Source: Vitrella brassicaformis CCMP3155
Taxonomy: Eukaryota; Protista; Chromerida
Assembly: GCA_001179505.1 (NCBI GenBank)
Contig: CDMY01000656.1
Coordinates: 244,471-308,470, forward strand
Reading direction: 5' to 3'
DNA length: 64,000 nucleotides
Notes under the pieces: model-generated
The model's database searches: none
Told to the model about the DNA's origin: nothing
Seen by the model: the letters and a program-made list of their open reading frames with translations, nothing else
Part shown: positions 62,340 through 64,000 of the stretch, in pieces
Layout: the number at the start of each line of letters is the position of its first letter
How positions within the stretch are numbered: the first letter of the stretch is position 1
Translations under genes and position numbers: made by a program

Positions 62340-64000
62340 AGGGACAAAACTCGTGTGTGCTTACTGACTGATACCTGTTCTCATCAGCAGCGGTCAAGAG
62401 CTTCAGCACAATGACTGGCGAATTGCGAAAGATGATAGCAGTGACGCCGATGCCCAGTGCCAGCAAGTGCATCCTGATGACGCCCGGCTCGGCAATGCTC
62501 TTAATCAGGGGCAAGTTGGCAGAGCGCACGAGGGAGATGTTGAGCGCACCTTCGAACAAGACTTCGATCAGCACCATAATTCCCAGACCTGCTAGCCTCT
62601 CTAGCAGGTGACGGGCGGATGGAAAGAGGATCTGGCCGAGAGTGATGTTGAAAAGGTTCGCAAAGATGAGCACTGTCAACTCGATCAAGCTCTAGGCATG
62701 CACTTGCTGCAGCAGTGGAGGCAAAAAAAAAGTGTAGAATGAATGGATTTTCTTGTCTGTCGCTTTCCTTCCTCACGTCGTTGAGACGCCGAGGGAATAT
62801 CGGGTGATAACCAAATTCAACAACCCGAGTGGGGACGTCCAGAAACGTGCTCAAAGACCTCATGAAATAGCGACCGGCCGACTTGAAATTCATAATGGTC
62901 GTAGAGAGGCGGCTGAGTAGCATGACCGGCGTCTGCTTATCCCGCGTTTCCTGAGTATCTTCAGCAGTGACAGTGTCGAAGTGCCGATCTCGTACCGGCC
63001 TGTATAGGAATCGCACTAGACTTCTTCTCGCGGCACCACCTATGAGAACGAAATACGGCATAGCTAGGTCGGTAACGAAGTCGAATGATGCAAAGATCAA
63101 GCTCCCCAGAAGCTGATAAGGAGAGACATGTCCAGGAAGGACGAGGAATGGATCTGACGCGAGGACAGCGTCGATGTGCCCACCTTACCTGAGAGGAGAC
63201 ATGTTCCATCTCGGCCTGGACGACCCTTGGGAAGAGTGCGAAGCCGAACGCTACAAACGTGATTGCTGGAGACGTTTGCAGGGCAGGGCCGCCCTTCAGA
63301 GAACGAACGATGCCTGTGACTGAAACACAGACCGAATACGCATGGAAACATGCGAATGTGTCCATCGATCGAGTCGCATTTTCTTACGGGTCGCAACAAG
63401 GGGCGACACCACGAGCAGCAAGGTGAAGACGACGCGTGTCTTCTCGCGATCTGTTGTTGCAGTCCGGGCAAGTGGCACAAGGTAGAGGGGTACGGCGATC
63501 GAAAAACACGTGACCACTACAAATATGCCCCATGTCTTGAGAATATACGCCCGCTTCCTGACGATTATCTTCGACGTTAGGGCCACTTGGCGGAAGACCC
63601 TGACAGGACAGGCACAACGACAGAGAATATGTGCTTGCTATCACAGTTCTGTTCTCACATGAGGGGTACGAGCACAGAAATGGGGTAGTGCATGAGCAGC
63701 GCATATTTGTGGCGTTTCCGCAGGACCTCGACGTGGTGGAAAAGTGCTGAAGCCACGTATGGGGCAAACCAAAGAAGGAAGAAATACCAGGTCGTCCTCA
63801 AGCGGCGGACAGCCCCAATTCCGCTACCCTCAGCCACAAGTAGTATCATAGCCATATAGCATAGGGCAACGATGATGCGGCGAGTTACATCAAGGACTAT
63901 GCCTGCTGCTCTCGCGCTCATCTTCTCGCACGCCGACCAGTACGCCAGCCACACCAGGGCCCAACAGACTGCAAAGCCGACGGCTGCAATTAGGTGGAAT
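62340..64000 (-). CDS. Multi-pass membrane protein, hypothetical (5'-partial at window edge, 3' end uncertain)
   Basis: Phase-consistent exons with several hydrophobic helices: IIVALCYMAMILLVA; WGIFVVVTCFSIAVPLYLV; ITFVAFGFALFP; LIELTVLIFANLFNITLG; LLALGIGVTAIIF. Confidence 0.6.

Noticed and set aside
1-64000. CRISPR arrays, rRNA and tRNA genes
   Set aside because: No regularly spaced repeat-spacer units and no recognisable rRNA or tRNA (T-loop, cloverleaf) sequence; the repeats present are simple microsatellites.

Overview
Eukaryotic, intron-dense, GC-rich nuclear DNA. It is most likely the chromerid alveolate Vitrella brassicaformis; this is inferred from the CA/TG/GACA-microsatellite-filled introns and the lineage-specific gene families, not from a database search. 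About 23 protein-coding loci can be reconstructed by hand from the ORF fragments plus GT/GC-AG splice sites, and they alternate strands almost strictly (9 head-to-head pairs). Recognisable products: histidine phosphatase (3' end), FAD-dependent aromatic monooxygenase, MRS2/CorA Mg2+ transporter, LNR+sushi protein, Unkempt-like CCCH protein, secreted alpha-carbonic anhydrase, DTD-type proton-pumping rhodopsin with a signal peptide, PEX4-like E2, multi-KH protein, HVA22/REEP protein and a trichocyst-matrix-like coiled-coil protein. There are also several lineage-specific family members, some disabled. The most striking candidate system is the alpha-carbonic anhydrase and proton-pump rhodopsin pair transcribed divergently across 353 bp. 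Both carry signal peptides, and the expected topology would deliver pumped protons to the compartment holding the CA, suggesting a light-driven acidification/CO2-supply module. Caveat: head-to-head pairs are common in this window. No rRNA, tRNA, CRISPR array or recognisable transposon was found. There are three 300-N assembly gaps. All exon models are manual and unverified by transcripts.
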